Positions 1 through 10,061 are shown, counted from the stretch's first letter. The stretch: 64,000 nt of DNA from Candidatus Borrarchaeum weybense (GCA_019057385.1 JAHQJS010000007.1:512001-576000); one strand, 5' to 3'. Numbers and translations are program-made. Notes: generated from the letters alone by a model not told the origin.

Positions 1-2
1 GA

Positions 3-236
3 TTAGGCGACCTACAAATATTCTTTGGACATGAAAAAGAAACTCAGATAAGTCCAATTTTTCTATTTAAGAAGTCAATTCTAATGTTAATCCGTGGTGC
101 AAAAGAAGCGCTGCGCGCTAGACTGCCAATTCATTCTAGAATAATATATTTCTTTTATTATTATTTCTTTTACATGATAAGAGGCATATATTTCTTTTTA
201 TATTTTTATAAAGGTTTTTCTCACTTAAAATATTAG
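3..236 (+). CDS. 3' end of a gene entering from the left edge (possibly a glycosyltransferase)
   Basis: Open frame LGDLQIFFGHEKE...FSHLKY* from position 3 to TAG at 234-236; aromatic/basic C-terminus; adjacent to glycan genes. Confidence 0.4.
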   Translation, partial: LGDLQIFFGHEKETQISPIFLFKKSILMLIRGAKEALRARLPIHSRIIYFFYYYFFYMIRGIYFFLYFYKGFSHLKY

Positions 237-483
237 TAATTCTTACATATTTTGTTCTTAGGTTTCACAAAAGGTGAATCTTCTTTTTCGCTTCAATTTT
301 GAAGTAATTTCACAAATATATTCTGCAAAAATATACTTAATATATTTGTTTTTTTTATTGCTTTAATTTCTTGATCTTCTGAGGCATTTATTGAATAACA
401 TTTCTTAAATTTATTAACTTAGAATGCATCATTCTTAAATAAATCAGTGATTATAGAATATCTATACTCTAAGGTGAGTTTCC

Positions 484-1644
484 TTGACAATTATTGTAAC
501 TGGTGCAGATGGGTACGTAGGTTGGCCTGCAATGTTAAGGCTTGCCGTTAAGTACCCTGACGAAAAAATTATTGGCATTGACAATGAAGCAAAAAAGCTA
601 TGGTCGCAAGAAATAGGAATATGGAGCGCAATACCAACATATTCAATGGAAAAGCGAATAGACACGTTTGAGAGAGTTTTTGGTCAAAATAATATTATAT
701 ATAGAAAATTTGATCTCAGAAATCGAAGAAAATTATTAGATTTATTTATACAAACGGAACCTCACTCTATAGTTCATTTAGCTGCACAGCCAAGTGGGCC
801 TTATAGCATGTTAGACGCCGAACATTCAATTTCTACACAAATGAATAATATTGGTTCAACGCTATCATTGCTTCATAGTATCAAAGATGTTATACCAGAT
901 GCACATCTGATTGAGTTAACGGGGATGGCCTTATATGGACTTGAGATCCCTGAGTTCTATATGGAACTCACTACAGCAGGGTTTTACGGGTTTCCAGAAA
1001 TTGATGCAATTGATTGGTATCATTTATCAAAAGTATTTGATTCGAATAATTTACGCTTCGGTCAACTTGTTTACAATCTAAGCATAACAGATTTTAGAAT
1101 AGGAATTGTCCATGGTACACATACTGAGGAAATAAGCAAAAACGAGAAACTTGCAACTTCTTTCTATTTCGATTTTTGGTTTGGAACGCTTTTAAACCGA
1201 TTTTGCGCTCAAGCTAGTGTAGATTATCCCTTAACTGTTTATGGAAAAGGAGGACAAACAAGAGCATACATCTCCCTAGATGATGCGGTTGAAATGTTAA
1301 GTTATGCAATTGAAAGAAAAGCAGAATGTCAATATAACGTCATTAATGCATATGTAGACTGTGCGAGTGTTAGAGAGATTGCAGAAATGATACAACAGGC
1401 TGGTAAGAATCTTGGTATGGATATCGCTATAATGACGGTTCCTAATCCAAGAATGGAAATTGAAGAATGTTATACTCCAGAAGATACAGGACTGACTTCG
1501 ATAGGATTTCAACCTAAAGATACAATAGATTCAAATCTTGAAACCATTCTTATAGATTTGGCAAGAGTAAAGGAAAGAATCAAAGCTAAGAAAGACAAAT
1601 TTCTCCCTAGGATTCTACGAGATAAGGCGAAAATTACAAAATAG
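484..1644 (+). CDS. UDP-sulfoquinovose synthase-like SDR (Agl3/SqdB/SQD1 family)
   Basis: TGADGYVGWP Rossmann motif, HLAAQPS, YHLSK catalytic YxxxK, FGTLLNRFCAQA, LTVYGKGGQTR and PNPRME all resemble SQD1/Agl3; GGTGA SD. Confidence 0.8.
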   Translation: MTIIVTGADGYVGWPAMLRLAVKYPDEKIIGIDNEAKKLWSQEIGIWSAIPTYSMEKRIDTFERVFGQNNIIYRKFDLRNRRKLLDLFIQTEPHSIVHLAAQPSGPYSMLDAEHSISTQMNNIGSTLSLLHSIKDVIPDAHLIELTGMALYGLEIPEFYMELTTAGFYGFPEIDAIDWYHLSKVFDSNNLRFGQLVYNLSITDFRIGIVHGTHTEEISKNEKLATSFYFDFWFGTLLNRFCAQASVDYPLTVYGKGGQTRAYISLDDAVEMLSYAIERKAECQYNVINAYVDCASVREIAEMIQQAGKNLGMDIAIMTVPNPRMEIEECYTPEDTGLTSIGFQPKDTIDSNLETILIDLARVKERIKAKKDKFLPRILRDKAKITK

Positions 1645-1652
1645 GTGCTTAG

Positions 1653-1952
1653 ATGCCAGTCATTGAATTTGTTTTTTACTCAACATTTAAGAGAATAGCG
1701 GGTGAAAAAAAAATCTCAAGAGAAGTTGGACCGACTGTAAAAGATGCGATTGAAGCTTTAGTGGAAGAATTTGGAAGTGAAATGGAAGATCTTTTGATTG
1801 ATTCAACTGGAATACTAAAACGCAATCTAATTTTTTCTTTAAATGGCACAGATATAAGAAAACTCAAGAGATTAAAAACATCCTTAAAACCAGGAGATAC
1901 CATTTCCTTAGTTCAAGCCGTAGCGGGAGGAAGCGATTATCCAAGCATTTAA
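1653..1952 (+). CDS. MoaD/ThiS/SAMP ubiquitin-like protein with C-terminal extension after GG
   Basis: beta-grasp pattern (LNGTDI, LKPGDTISLVQAVAGG) followed by SDYPSI*. Confidence 0.85.
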   Translation: MPVIEFVFYSTFKRIAGEKKISREVGPTVKDAIEALVEEFGSEMEDLLIDSTGILKRNLIFSLNGTDIRKLKRLKTSLKPGDTISLVQAVAGGSDYPSI

Positions 1953-2027
1953 GAATCGGAATATTCCCTAAAAGTGATTTCTTAATTCAGAACAATTGAA
2001 TTCACAAATTTTCTAGGTGAAGAAACA

Positions 2028-3242
2028 TTGAAAAAAAAATCTTCAACTCAAGGAAGAAACCCTATTCGAAAAAACAAAAAAATACCCTTAGCAAACCCAT
2101 TTGTGGGTCAAGAAGAGATTGATGCGGCTTCAAGTGTCTTACGTTCTGGGATCTTGACAAGTGCAACAGGAAGAGGGCCGAAAGTCATAGAGTTAGAGCA
2201 AAAATATGCTCAATATAATGGTGTAAGACATGCGATCGCCTGTTGTAACGGCACGGCAGCATTACATGTTGCATTAACTTCACTTGGGATTAAACCAGGT
2301 GATGAAATCATTACTACTCCATTTAGTTTTATTGCATCAGCAAATGCTGCCCTACTAGTAGGTGCAATTCCTATCTTTGCAGATATAGATCCTCTCACAT
2401 ATACAATAGATCCGGATAAAATAAAAAACGTAATCACTTCAAAAACCAAGGCAATTATTCCTGTGCATTTATTCGGATGTCCTGCAGAGATGGACTCAAT
2501 AGAAAAAATTGCTGACCAACATGGATTGTATATCATTGAAGATATTGCCCAAGCACATGGAGCACGTTATAAAGGTAAAATGGTTGGTTCATTTGGTGAT
2601 ATTGGCTGCTATTCTTTTTATGCAACCAAAAATATTCATTCAGGTGGAGAGGGAGGGTTAATTATCACTAATAATAAAGAAATTGCAGTGAGATGTAAAA
2701 TGATGGTTGCACATGGACAAGGTGCAAGATATGAACATAGTTTATTAGGGTTCAATTATCGAATGCCTGAAATTTCAGCAGCTATAGCATTGGCACAATT
2801 TGATCGATTGGAGTATTTTAACAAGAAAAGAAAAGAACATGCAAAAATATTGGATGAAACATTGAAGCTGGTGAAAGGAATAAGTATGCCGCATAAACCT
2901 GATTATGTGGATCATGTTTATCATTTGTATGTTGCAAAAATTCTTGAAGACTCGGATTGGACAAAGGATGATCTTATTAAAGCTTTAGATACTGAAGGAA
3001 TCGGAGCTGCAGAGGTATATCCAATTCCCATTTATAAACAACCTGTGTACAAGAAAATCAATGATCCAAAAGTAAACTGGGCCGCTAACATTTGTGAATA
3101 TCCAGATTATTCCAAAACTAGATGCCCCATTACGGAAAAACTATGTCAGCAATTAATTCAGTTACCAGTACACCCAGGTTTAACAGAGTTAGATATGCAA
3201 AATATAGTAAACACATTAAGAAAATTGTTGCCAACAAACTGA
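2028..3242 (+). CDS. DegT/DnrJ/EryC1/StrS PLP-dependent NDP-sugar aminotransferase
   Basis: NGTAALH, IIPVHLFG, IEDIAQAHG, SFYATKN (PLP lysine), GEGG, GFNYRM. Confidence 0.93.
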   Translation: MKKKSSTQGRNPIRKNKKIPLANPFVGQEEIDAASSVLRSGILTSATGRGPKVIELEQKYAQYNGVRHAIACCNGTAALHVALTSLGIKPGDEIITTPFSFIASANAALLVGAIPIFADIDPLTYTIDPDKIKNVITSKTKAIIPVHLFGCPAEMDSIEKIADQHGLYIIEDIAQAHGARYKGKMVGSFGDIGCYSFYATKNIHSGGEGGLIITNNKEIAVRCKMMVAHGQGARYEHSLLGFNYRMPEISAAIALAQFDRLEYFNKKRKEHAKILDETLKLVKGISMPHKPDYVDHVYHLYVAKILEDSDWTKDDLIKALDTEGIGAAEVYPIPIYKQPVYKKINDPKVNWAANICEYPDYSKTRCPITEKLCQQLIQLPVHPGLTELDMQNIVNTLRKLLPTN

Positions 3243-3272
3243 CGAATTTCTCTATTATTTTTTGTCATTTCA

Positions 3273-4304
3273 TCAGGATATGATATGTTGGTTTTGTTCT
3301 TTCTTATAGTGACGACTTTCACTCGTCAAATTAGGAACAAGCATCTTAGAATTGTTAAATAATACTTTAAAATTTTCAGCAAGTTCTCTGATTCCATCAA
3401 CAACTGAAAATCTAGTATGAAAACCAAGTTTCTGTTTGATTTTCGAAAAGTCAACGTTATATGAAAAATGAAGCCCGTCTTTTTTGATATGAACTATTTC
3501 TACGTCGTTTTCTACATTCTCCTTCACAAGTTGTGCAACTTGGTTTACTTTGTAATTCTCCTCAGTTGATCCAACATTAAACACTTCCCCGATTGCGACA
3601 TCTTCCGGTGCTCTGATTGCTGTAGTTATTGCCCTTACAGTATCTTGGACATGAATATAAGGTCTCCAGTCTTCTCCAGTATCAAAGATTGTTATTTTCT
3701 CGCCTATTACTGCTTTAAATGTAAAAAGGTTAATTGCAAGATTGAATCGTATTCCAGGAGACCAACCATAGTTTGTAGCAAATCGTAAGCAAGTTACAGG
3801 TAGTTTATAATCTTTGTGATACTTAAGACATTCCAATTCTCCTTTGTATTTTGCATCTGCATATGGATTTGGGGGTGTTATTGAAGATTTTTCATTTAAT
3901 AATTTGTTTTCTCGCTTTCCTCCATACACATTACAAGTAGATGCATATATTAATCGATTGATACCTTGTTCTAAGCAAGTTTCAACAACGTTTTTGGTTC
4001 CCTCGTAATTTACTTTCATAAAAAGATCTGGCATATTAAATGAATCACAGGCTCCAGTTATCGCAGCTAAATGAATAACGATATCTTTATTCTCCATTGC
4101 TTTTAGAAGATCTTGTTTTTTTAGAACATCGCCTCTAAAAAATCGATATTTAGCCTTTGAGGGCAAATTTGCGAGCATGTATTCTCTTCCAGAAGAAAGA
4201 TTATCGAAAACAGTAATATTGATTTTATCAGTAAATGCAAATGGAAGTTTTCTGATTAAAAGAGAACCAATATATCCACAACCACCGGTAATCAAGAGAT
4301 TCAA
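3273..4304 (-). CDS. NAD-dependent NDP-sugar epimerase/dehydratase
   Basis: TGGCGYIG, HLAA, YADAK (YxxxK), LRFATNYG, WRPYIHVQD. Confidence 0.9.
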   Translation of the reverse strand: MNLLITGGCGYIGSLLIRKLPFAFTDKINITVFDNLSSGREYMLANLPSKAKYRFFRGDVLKKQDLLKAMENKDIVIHLAAITGACDSFNMPDLFMKVNYEGTKNVVETCLEQGINRLIYASTCNVYGGKRENKLLNEKSSITPPNPYADAKYKGELECLKYHKDYKLPVTCLRFATNYGWSPGIRFNLAINLFTFKAVIGEKITIFDTGEDWRPYIHVQDTVRAITTAIRAPEDVAIGEVFNVGSTEENYKVNQVAQLVKENVENDVEIVHIKKDGLHFSYNVDFSKIKQKLGFHTRFSVVDGIRELAENFKVLFNNSKMLVPNLTSESRHYKKEQNQHIIS

Positions 4305-4475
4305 TAATTCTGCCTTCCTTTTATTCTAATTTATTCTATTTAGGTATTCGCGTAATATGAGTTCTAATTCCTTGTTTGTCTTTATATACTTTCGACAATT
4401 TTTCGTATAAATAGAATTTTGGAAAAAAGTTTTTCTGTCAAATATTCTTGATCAAAATTGTTGGGAGACTAACTC

Positions 4476-5471
4476 TTAAATGGGTAAATTGTATTTGCCA
4501 ACACGCTTTTCCCATGGCCATTTTCGACCATTATTTTCAAACCAAGTTATTGTATGCCTTAATCCTTCTTCAAGGCTAACCTGAGGTGACCATTTTAAAA
4601 TTTTCTTTGCCTTTTCATTACTGCAGCACAGGCGATCTACATCAAGTGGACGTAATCTCATAGGATCTGTATTGATTTCAATGTCCGTCTTACCTTTTAA
4701 ACGTGCAATAAGATAGGTCAAATCTTTGATCTTAATATCATTATTACTACCTAGGTTTATTGTTTCTCCCCTCGCAGTTAAAGTTTGCCCAGCAAGTAGC
4801 AAACCTCTAACTGTATCTGAAACATAAGTAAAATCGCGGCTACTTTCGATATTACCTAAATTGAGTATATCTGATCTTGACAACTGACTAATCAGTATAG
4901 GGATAATATATGGATGTGTCTCGCGCGGCCCATAAGCATTAAAAGGACGGATTATCACGATTGGAAGGTCCTGTTCATGATATAGTGTAAAACATAATCT
5001 ATCTGCGGCCAATTTTGAGGCTGCATAAGTTGAATGAGGATTTAGAGGATGTTTCTCGTCCATTGGAATGTATTGGGCAGTTCCATAAACTTCTGAGGTT
5101 GAAACGTGGCAAATCATCTTGATATCTGCTATTTCGGAAGTAGCAGCTAAGAGCACATTTAAAGTACCTGTCACATTGACTTCAAAGGTCATTCTAGGGT
5201 AAGCATAAGAAGCAGGAATAAAGGGAAAAGCGGCTAAATTAAAAATCACCTCTTGATCCTTAACTAATTCCTTAACTAATTCTTGGTCACGTATATCGCC
5301 TCGGACAACATTTACTCTTTGTAATTCGGCAAGATTAGCGTCCGCACCTGAGGAAAAATTATCCAAAACCGTAACCACAGCTCCAAGTTCATGTAACTGC
5401 CTCACTAATTCTGAGCCAATAAAACCAGCTCCCCCAGTTACTAGAATAGGTGTGTCTTCGTAGCGATGCAA
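4476..5471 (-). CDS. NDP-sugar 4,6-dehydratase/epimerase (extended SDR)
   Basis: TGGAGFIG, STSEVYG, YAASK, RPFNAYGP, RDFTYVSD. Confidence 0.9.
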   Translation of the reverse strand: MHRYEDTPILVTGGAGFIGSELVRQLHELGAVVTVLDNFSSGADANLAELQRVNVVRGDIRDQELVKELVKDQEVIFNLAAFPFIPASYAYPRMTFEVNVTGTLNVLLAATSEIADIKMICHVSTSEVYGTAQYIPMDEKHPLNPHSTYAASKLAADRLCFTLYHEQDLPIVIIRPFNAYGPRETHPYIIPILISQLSRSDILNLGNIESSRDFTYVSDTVRGLLLAGQTLTARGETINLGSNNDIKIKDLTYLIARLKGKTDIEINTDPMRLRPLDVDRLCCSNEKAKKILKWSPQVSLEEGLRHTITWFENNGRKWPWEKRVGKYNLPI

Positions 5472-5749
5472 ACTTAAATCACCTTCATCTTAGGCATGTA
5501 AAGTAAATTTTTTGAAAAAATGATGATAGAAATTAACTAGAATAGCAAACTAGTTGATTTATTTTATAAACTTGGACCGTATTTTGAAATATAAAACACC
5601 TGAAAAATCGAATTTCCCAGGCTTTTTATCCGTTTTAAAAAACATTGAGGGAAAATAAGTGTACTCGATATCTCTAGATTGTCAAACTTATGTTAGATTC
5701 GAAATTTAGATACATGCAAAATAAAAATTGTTATGTTTGAGGAACTTTA

Positions 5750-6883
5750 ATGAAATTTCAGCGAATTGAAGACATGCTTCTGTTCCAGACTATCATGGAT
5801 GATAGTAAATTATTCGTTAAAGAACTGGAAACGATGAGGAAGAAAAAAAATTCAATTGACTGGCTTTACATCATAGAGTGTGCTAAAAGGAATTCTATTA
5901 TTCCTCAAGTTTACATTTTTTTTGATATTGCTAAAGATATTCAAGTACCAAAGGAGATTCTTGAACAATTAAGGCGTTTATATTATAAATACTTATCTTA
6001 TTATCTTACAGCAAATTATACGATAAAAGAAATCATAAAGTTGTTTAATAAAAACAATATTCGATTTCTATTAATAAAAGGACATTCCATTGACCAATTC
6101 TATCCTCATTCTCATTACAGACAGTTTTTAGAGATTGATGTTTTAGTCTCCTCAGTGAAAAAATTCAAAATGGCTTGCAAAAAATTAAGAGATTTTGGAT
6201 ACAGGGTTTTCCCAAAAAGACAACTTAAAGAAAAACATCTGTTCGCCTTAAATTTTGCTAAAAAGGATAGAATAAGTATTGATCTCCACAAAGAATTAAT
6301 TTGGGGAAATCATAAAAACTGCAAAGAAGAACTTTTTCGAAACAAAAATATAATGAAAATTGATGGATCAAATCTCTTTACAGTTTCTCCAGAAGCCAAC
6401 ATTTTGTTTATTTGCTCAAGATTATTTGAATCAGGGTATTTTCTGATTAGAGATATCTTCGACGTTATAAGAATAATTTCTTATTCCAAAGACCAACTAA
6501 AATGGGATCACATTTTATATAGTGCGCAGAAGAATAATCTGTTATTTCCACTTCTATGTCTCCTTTATCTTGTTCACTTCTTTTATCATCCAGATTTAAT
6601 TCCCAGAAGCGTTTTTAAACAATTGTCAAGAAATTTCTTTTTAAAACTGATTTGGGCGTTATTGAAAAAAACTAAAATAGAATTTCCATTATTCTGGAAC
6701 TCTTCAGTAAGTAAGATAGGTCTATTATACGGAAATCTCCTTAAATCTAAAAGAAATTTGAAACAATTTATTTTAGATGTCCAAAGATCTGGACTGAGTC
6801 ATGAATTACGATTTCTTTTGGCTCAACGCATTAAACAGCCAATTGCTTTCCATTATATTAAAGAAATGCTTATACGAAAATGA
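5750..6883 (+). CDS. Nucleotidyltransferase of the NTP_transf_5 type (RiPP/lasso-cluster associated)
   Basis: LLIKGHSI...YP...RQFLEIDVLV (KG...R...[DE]xD motif), IDLH, C-terminal helical IRDIFDV; context with HprK-like kinase and PqqD. Confidence 0.8.
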   Translation: MKFQRIEDMLLFQTIMDDSKLFVKELETMRKKKNSIDWLYIIECAKRNSIIPQVYIFFDIAKDIQVPKEILEQLRRLYYKYLSYYLTANYTIKEIIKLFNKNNIRFLLIKGHSIDQFYPHSHYRQFLEIDVLVSSVKKFKMACKKLRDFGYRVFPKRQLKEKHLFALNFAKKDRISIDLHKELIWGNHKNCKEELFRNKNIMKIDGSNLFTVSPEANILFICSRLFESGYFLIRDIFDVIRIISYSKDQLKWDHILYSAQKNNLLFPLLCLLYLVHFFYHPDLIPRSVFKQLSRNFFLKLIWALLKKTKIEFPLFWNSSVSKIGLLYGNLLKSKRNLKQFILDVQRSGLSHELRFLLAQRIKQPIAFHYIKEMLIRK

Positions 6884-7092
6884 AGACTTATCTCATTTAC
6901 TAAAGTGAATTCAGATTATGATGAATAATAATTAAAGGTGACGTTTTTCGAAAGTTATTCCTTATAAGTCAATGAATTTCGGGTTAGATTATATATATTA
7001 AAAGCATAGACTTTTGATAATTTGGTAACTGGAAAAGGGTTTTCGTCGAAATAAAGGTATCAGCGAAATATCGACAAGAGGAATATACAGAA

Positions 7093-7803
7093 ATGACACG
7101 TGGAATTATTTTTGCACATTCAGATATGACTGAAATATCAGAACCTCTTTATTTTCACCCCGCAACTTTAGATGAGACATTAGTTCACCAAATTGCAATC
7201 AAAGCAGCCACCCTCGTTATGACCACCATAGATCTCTCCATAGATTTTGAAGGCGCTTCATTATTTCAATTTCCCGACAAAGGGATTACTATTTTAGTCT
7301 ACTATTTTCTTTTTTCACTTGAAGAGAATGAAACAGAAAAACAAACCCCTGCAACTATATCTTTGTTAATAGAATCAAAATACGATTGGTTTTTCTTTAA
7401 AGAGATTAAACCTTTAGTACGCCGCATTGCTCTAATAGTAAGAAGAATCAGAGATTCTGGAGAAATTCTAATAGAAGAATTCAAAGAATTGTACAAATTT
7501 CTTAACACGGTGTATCGTCGAGATGAAGACCTTAAAAATTCACGAATTTTTTCGTCCCAAGCGATTAAGAAACCAATTTACATTTCAGATCCTCAAGGAT
7601 TTTTAGATTACTACCCTTATGTCAATCTGGATTTGGGAGATGCGATTATCTCACATCTAATAGATGGCGATGCTACTATAGCAGAACTATCAACGATCTT
7701 GAGTGCCTCATCCTTTGAGCTACTTCCCATATTTCAACGGCTTTTTCGTTATAAACTGATTTCTCTTAAGAATAATGCGTCAGTTTTAGAATTAAAGAAA
7801 TAG
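7093..7803 (+). CDS. Hypothetical protein; putative longin/uDENN-like N-terminal domain plus C-terminal winged HTH
   Basis: GIIFAH...EPLYFHP...IAIKAATLVM...FQFPD...VYYF...ATISLLI pattern resembles Asgard uDENN/longin proteins; C-terminal DGDATIAELSTIL...LFRYKLISL looks like a wHTH. Confidence 0.45.
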   Translation: MTRGIIFAHSDMTEISEPLYFHPATLDETLVHQIAIKAATLVMTTIDLSIDFEGASLFQFPDKGITILVYYFLFSLEENETEKQTPATISLLIESKYDWFFFKEIKPLVRRIALIVRRIRDSGEILIEEFKELYKFLNTVYRRDEDLKNSRIFSSQAIKKPIYISDPQGFLDYYPYVNLDLGDAIISHLIDGDATIAELSTILSASSFELLPIFQRLFRYKLISLKNNASVLELKK

Positions 7804-7962
7804 TAAATTAATGTATAAAATCTCATTTTAAAGAGTTTTTCCCTAAATAATAAATTAAGAACTCTCTAGGATACCAAAGGATTATTTACATTAAGAAGAA
7901 CATCTTTCAGAAGTAAATAGAAACCCCCAATAATTTATTGTATTGTATTTGAGTGATTCACA

Positions 7963-8135
7963 ATGAAAAAAAATAGAAACGTCTAGAAATTAAAGTTCTG
8001 GCTTTAAGTCAAAATGCGCTTCTTGGAGAAAAAAAACATTGGGTGACTTTATGGTTCCTGGAAAAAAACGAAAGGATACATCTCAGACTTTGCAGCAGAT
8101 TTACAGGAATTATATGTACAAAAGACTTTCATTAA
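7963..8135 (+). pseudogene. Possible decayed paralog of the RiPP precursor
   Basis: GAGTGA SD, ATG, A8 run, then TAG AAA CGT CTA GAA ATT AAA GTT CTG = (*)KRLEIKVLALSQNALLG, which aligns without gaps to WEKPEIKELDVEIGVVKG. Confidence 0.3.
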
Positions 8136-8262
8136 GAGAAAAGAATTCTAAAAATGGCTAAGAATATCTCAAAAATACGAAATCCAATTGAGGAAACCGT
8201 TAATTTTAAATATAAGGAGTAAAGATATTAGAAAAAGATTAACGTATCAATTGGTGTTATAC

Positions 8263-8337
8263 ATGAAATGGGAAAAACCAGAAATTAAGGAACTTGATGT
8301 CGAAATTGGAGTCGTCAAGGGATCTTGGGGATTCTAA
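8263..8337 (+). CDS. Putative RiPP precursor peptide MKWEKPEIKELDVEIGVVKGSWGF (24 aa; below ORF-track cutoff)
   Basis: GGTG SD at 8253-8256; WxxPxI/L leader motif typical of RRE-bound lasso/PqqA-type leaders; T-rich tract after the stop; lies between the NTase and kinase genes. Confidence 0.72.
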   Translation: MKWEKPEIKELDVEIGVVKGSWGF

Positions 8338-8370
8338 AATATTTTTTTATTTAATTCCTGCTATTTTTTA
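8338..8370 (+). terminator. T-rich archaeal-type terminator after the precursor gene
   Basis: ATTTTTTTATTT...CTATTTTTTA directly after the TAA. Confidence 0.35.
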
Positions 8371-8468
8371 GTATATTTTGGGCTTAGTCAACTCATATTA
8401 AGCTAGTTTTCAATATAATCTTTTTTAAGATTGAATAAAAAAATCTAAAATACTGGCTAGTTTTAGTA

Positions 8469-9485
8469 CTAATCGTTATTATCGAAAATATCATCTACAG
8501 TTTTTAAAACTTGAGAGTGATTCTTTCCTAAAAATAAATCATAACATTTTATGTTGCGAACTAAACTGTATGCTATTTCAAATATACTTTTGCGAATTGA
8601 TGTGTCCTTTTGTACAGATGGAAATGGATCAAAAACGCAAGGTAGTAATCTTTGAAGTGCTTCCTCTGATGACAATTGTTTATAATTAGACTTTCCAGAA
8701 GTTAAAATCGGAAATGCAATAAATTTAAGCTTAGCTTTTCTTGTTAAACAATTTGCATATATCTCAGTAATGTCAATGTAAGGACGCTTAACTCGTGTTC
8801 CTTTTCTCCTCGTATAAATTTGAAATTCTGAAAATTGTTCAATTATATCTGGCCGGACTTTCAATCTAAGAGGAAAAGCAAAGATCTCAAAAGTAGAATT
8901 TTTACTTAAAATTAGTGGATAATCATCAGACAGAAAATTATAGCCCAATCTTGTCAATATAATTGAGAGTGTGGTTTTTCCGCTACCTGCTTTACCTGGA
9001 AATAGAATTCCCGCGTTATTCTTTGAAGCTGCTGCAGCATGAACACTAAATATCTTTTTTTTAATTAGTTTCTTTGTTAAGATATTCATAATCATGTCTG
9101 TGAGCATATGGTACACTGAAAGATTTTCAACTGTTGAGTATCCGTGATAAATTTCCTGATCTGGATTAGCTAGAAAGATAACATTGCCAGACATACCGTT
9201 TATAATTATCCAACTATCATCTAACACACTAATACTAAATTCCGCTAAATCGTCGGTAAGAATTTCCTTTATCAGTTTGGCTTCTTTTAAACCATAAAAA
9301 TTAATAGGAAACGACTTTAAATCATTCATAATTTGGAAAAATACGTTTGCATCTAAATTTGAATCCTTTATTGAGTTTAACTCGAAATGTTTATAGTCTT
9401 CCAATATTTCATCGTGATAGAAATCTGAATTAGATATGAAATTCAGTCTTACACCATGTACTGATATCTTTGTAATCCTGAACAT
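8469..9485 (-). CDS. HprK-related kinase (lasso-peptide kinase / ScmC-like)
   Basis: VHAAA, P-loop GKAGSGKTT, FLSDDYP di-aspartate, FAFPLRLK. Confidence 0.82.
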   Translation of the reverse strand: MFRITKISVHGVRLNFISNSDFYHDEILEDYKHFELNSIKDSNLDANVFFQIMNDLKSFPINFYGLKEAKLIKEILTDDLAEFSISVLDDSWIIINGMSGNVIFLANPDQEIYHGYSTVENLSVYHMLTDMIMNILTKKLIKKKIFSVHAAAASKNNAGILFPGKAGSGKTTLSIILTRLGYNFLSDDYPLILSKNSTFEIFAFPLRLKVRPDIIEQFSEFQIYTRRKGTRVKRPYIDITEIYANCLTRKAKLKFIAFPILTSGKSNYKQLSSEEALQRLLPCVFDPFPSVQKDTSIRKSIFEIAYSLVRNIKCYDLFLGKNHSQVLKTVDDIFDNND

Positions 9486-9512
9486 GAAATCGAACTCATG
9501 TTTTTGTTATCT

Positions 9513-10061
9513 TCAATTAAAAATATGAAAAAAATTTCCTCTGAGTTTTCGTGATATATTACTTCTAAATATCTTATACTTCTTTAGCTGTTTTGGCCTC
9601 AATTTTGAAACAAATATTTCAAGTAGAAAGCCAATCTTAGTCTTGAAATTAACATTGCTGTACTTATTTTTACTATTTAATTCGATTACTTTAGCAAAAA
9701 CAGATCTAGCTTGAATTGGACGATCAGCAAAATAAGAATTATCTCCTTTGGTTAAGAAATAAGTTGTCTTTAATTTGACTTTCCATAAAACTCTGTGTCC
9801 AATCAATGTTCCTGCTTTTTTAAACAGAATGATATCTCCAATTTTAATTTGTTCAACAGTCACTTTTTGAAAAAAAACTTCTTCTCCATCTTTAATTGAA
9901 GGTTCCATACTTTGTCCACGAAAGGGTAGTTTTACCTTCTTTTGATTTTTCAATGCCCTCAATATTAACTCTAAGCTAATCTTTTCTTCACTTTGTTCTT
10001 CTGTATTTTGTTCACTACTTTTTTTCACAAAAACACCCAACTCAGGACATATAAATCTCAA
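9513..10061 (-). CDS. S24/S26-family peptidase without membrane anchor (probable leader peptidase); likely start GTG at 10028
   Basis: GQSMEPSI (Ser), GHRV (His), TKGDN...D; no N-terminal TM helix. Confidence 0.85.
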   Translation of the reverse strand: MRFICPELGVFVKKSSEQNTEEQSEEKISLELILRALKNQKKVKLPFRGQSMEPSIKDGEEVFFQKVTVEQIKIGDIILFKKAGTLIGHRVLWKVKLKTTYFLTKGDNSYFADRPIQARSVFAKVIELNSKNKYSNVNFKTKIGFLLEIFVSKLRPKQLKKYKIFRSNISRKLRGNFFHIFN

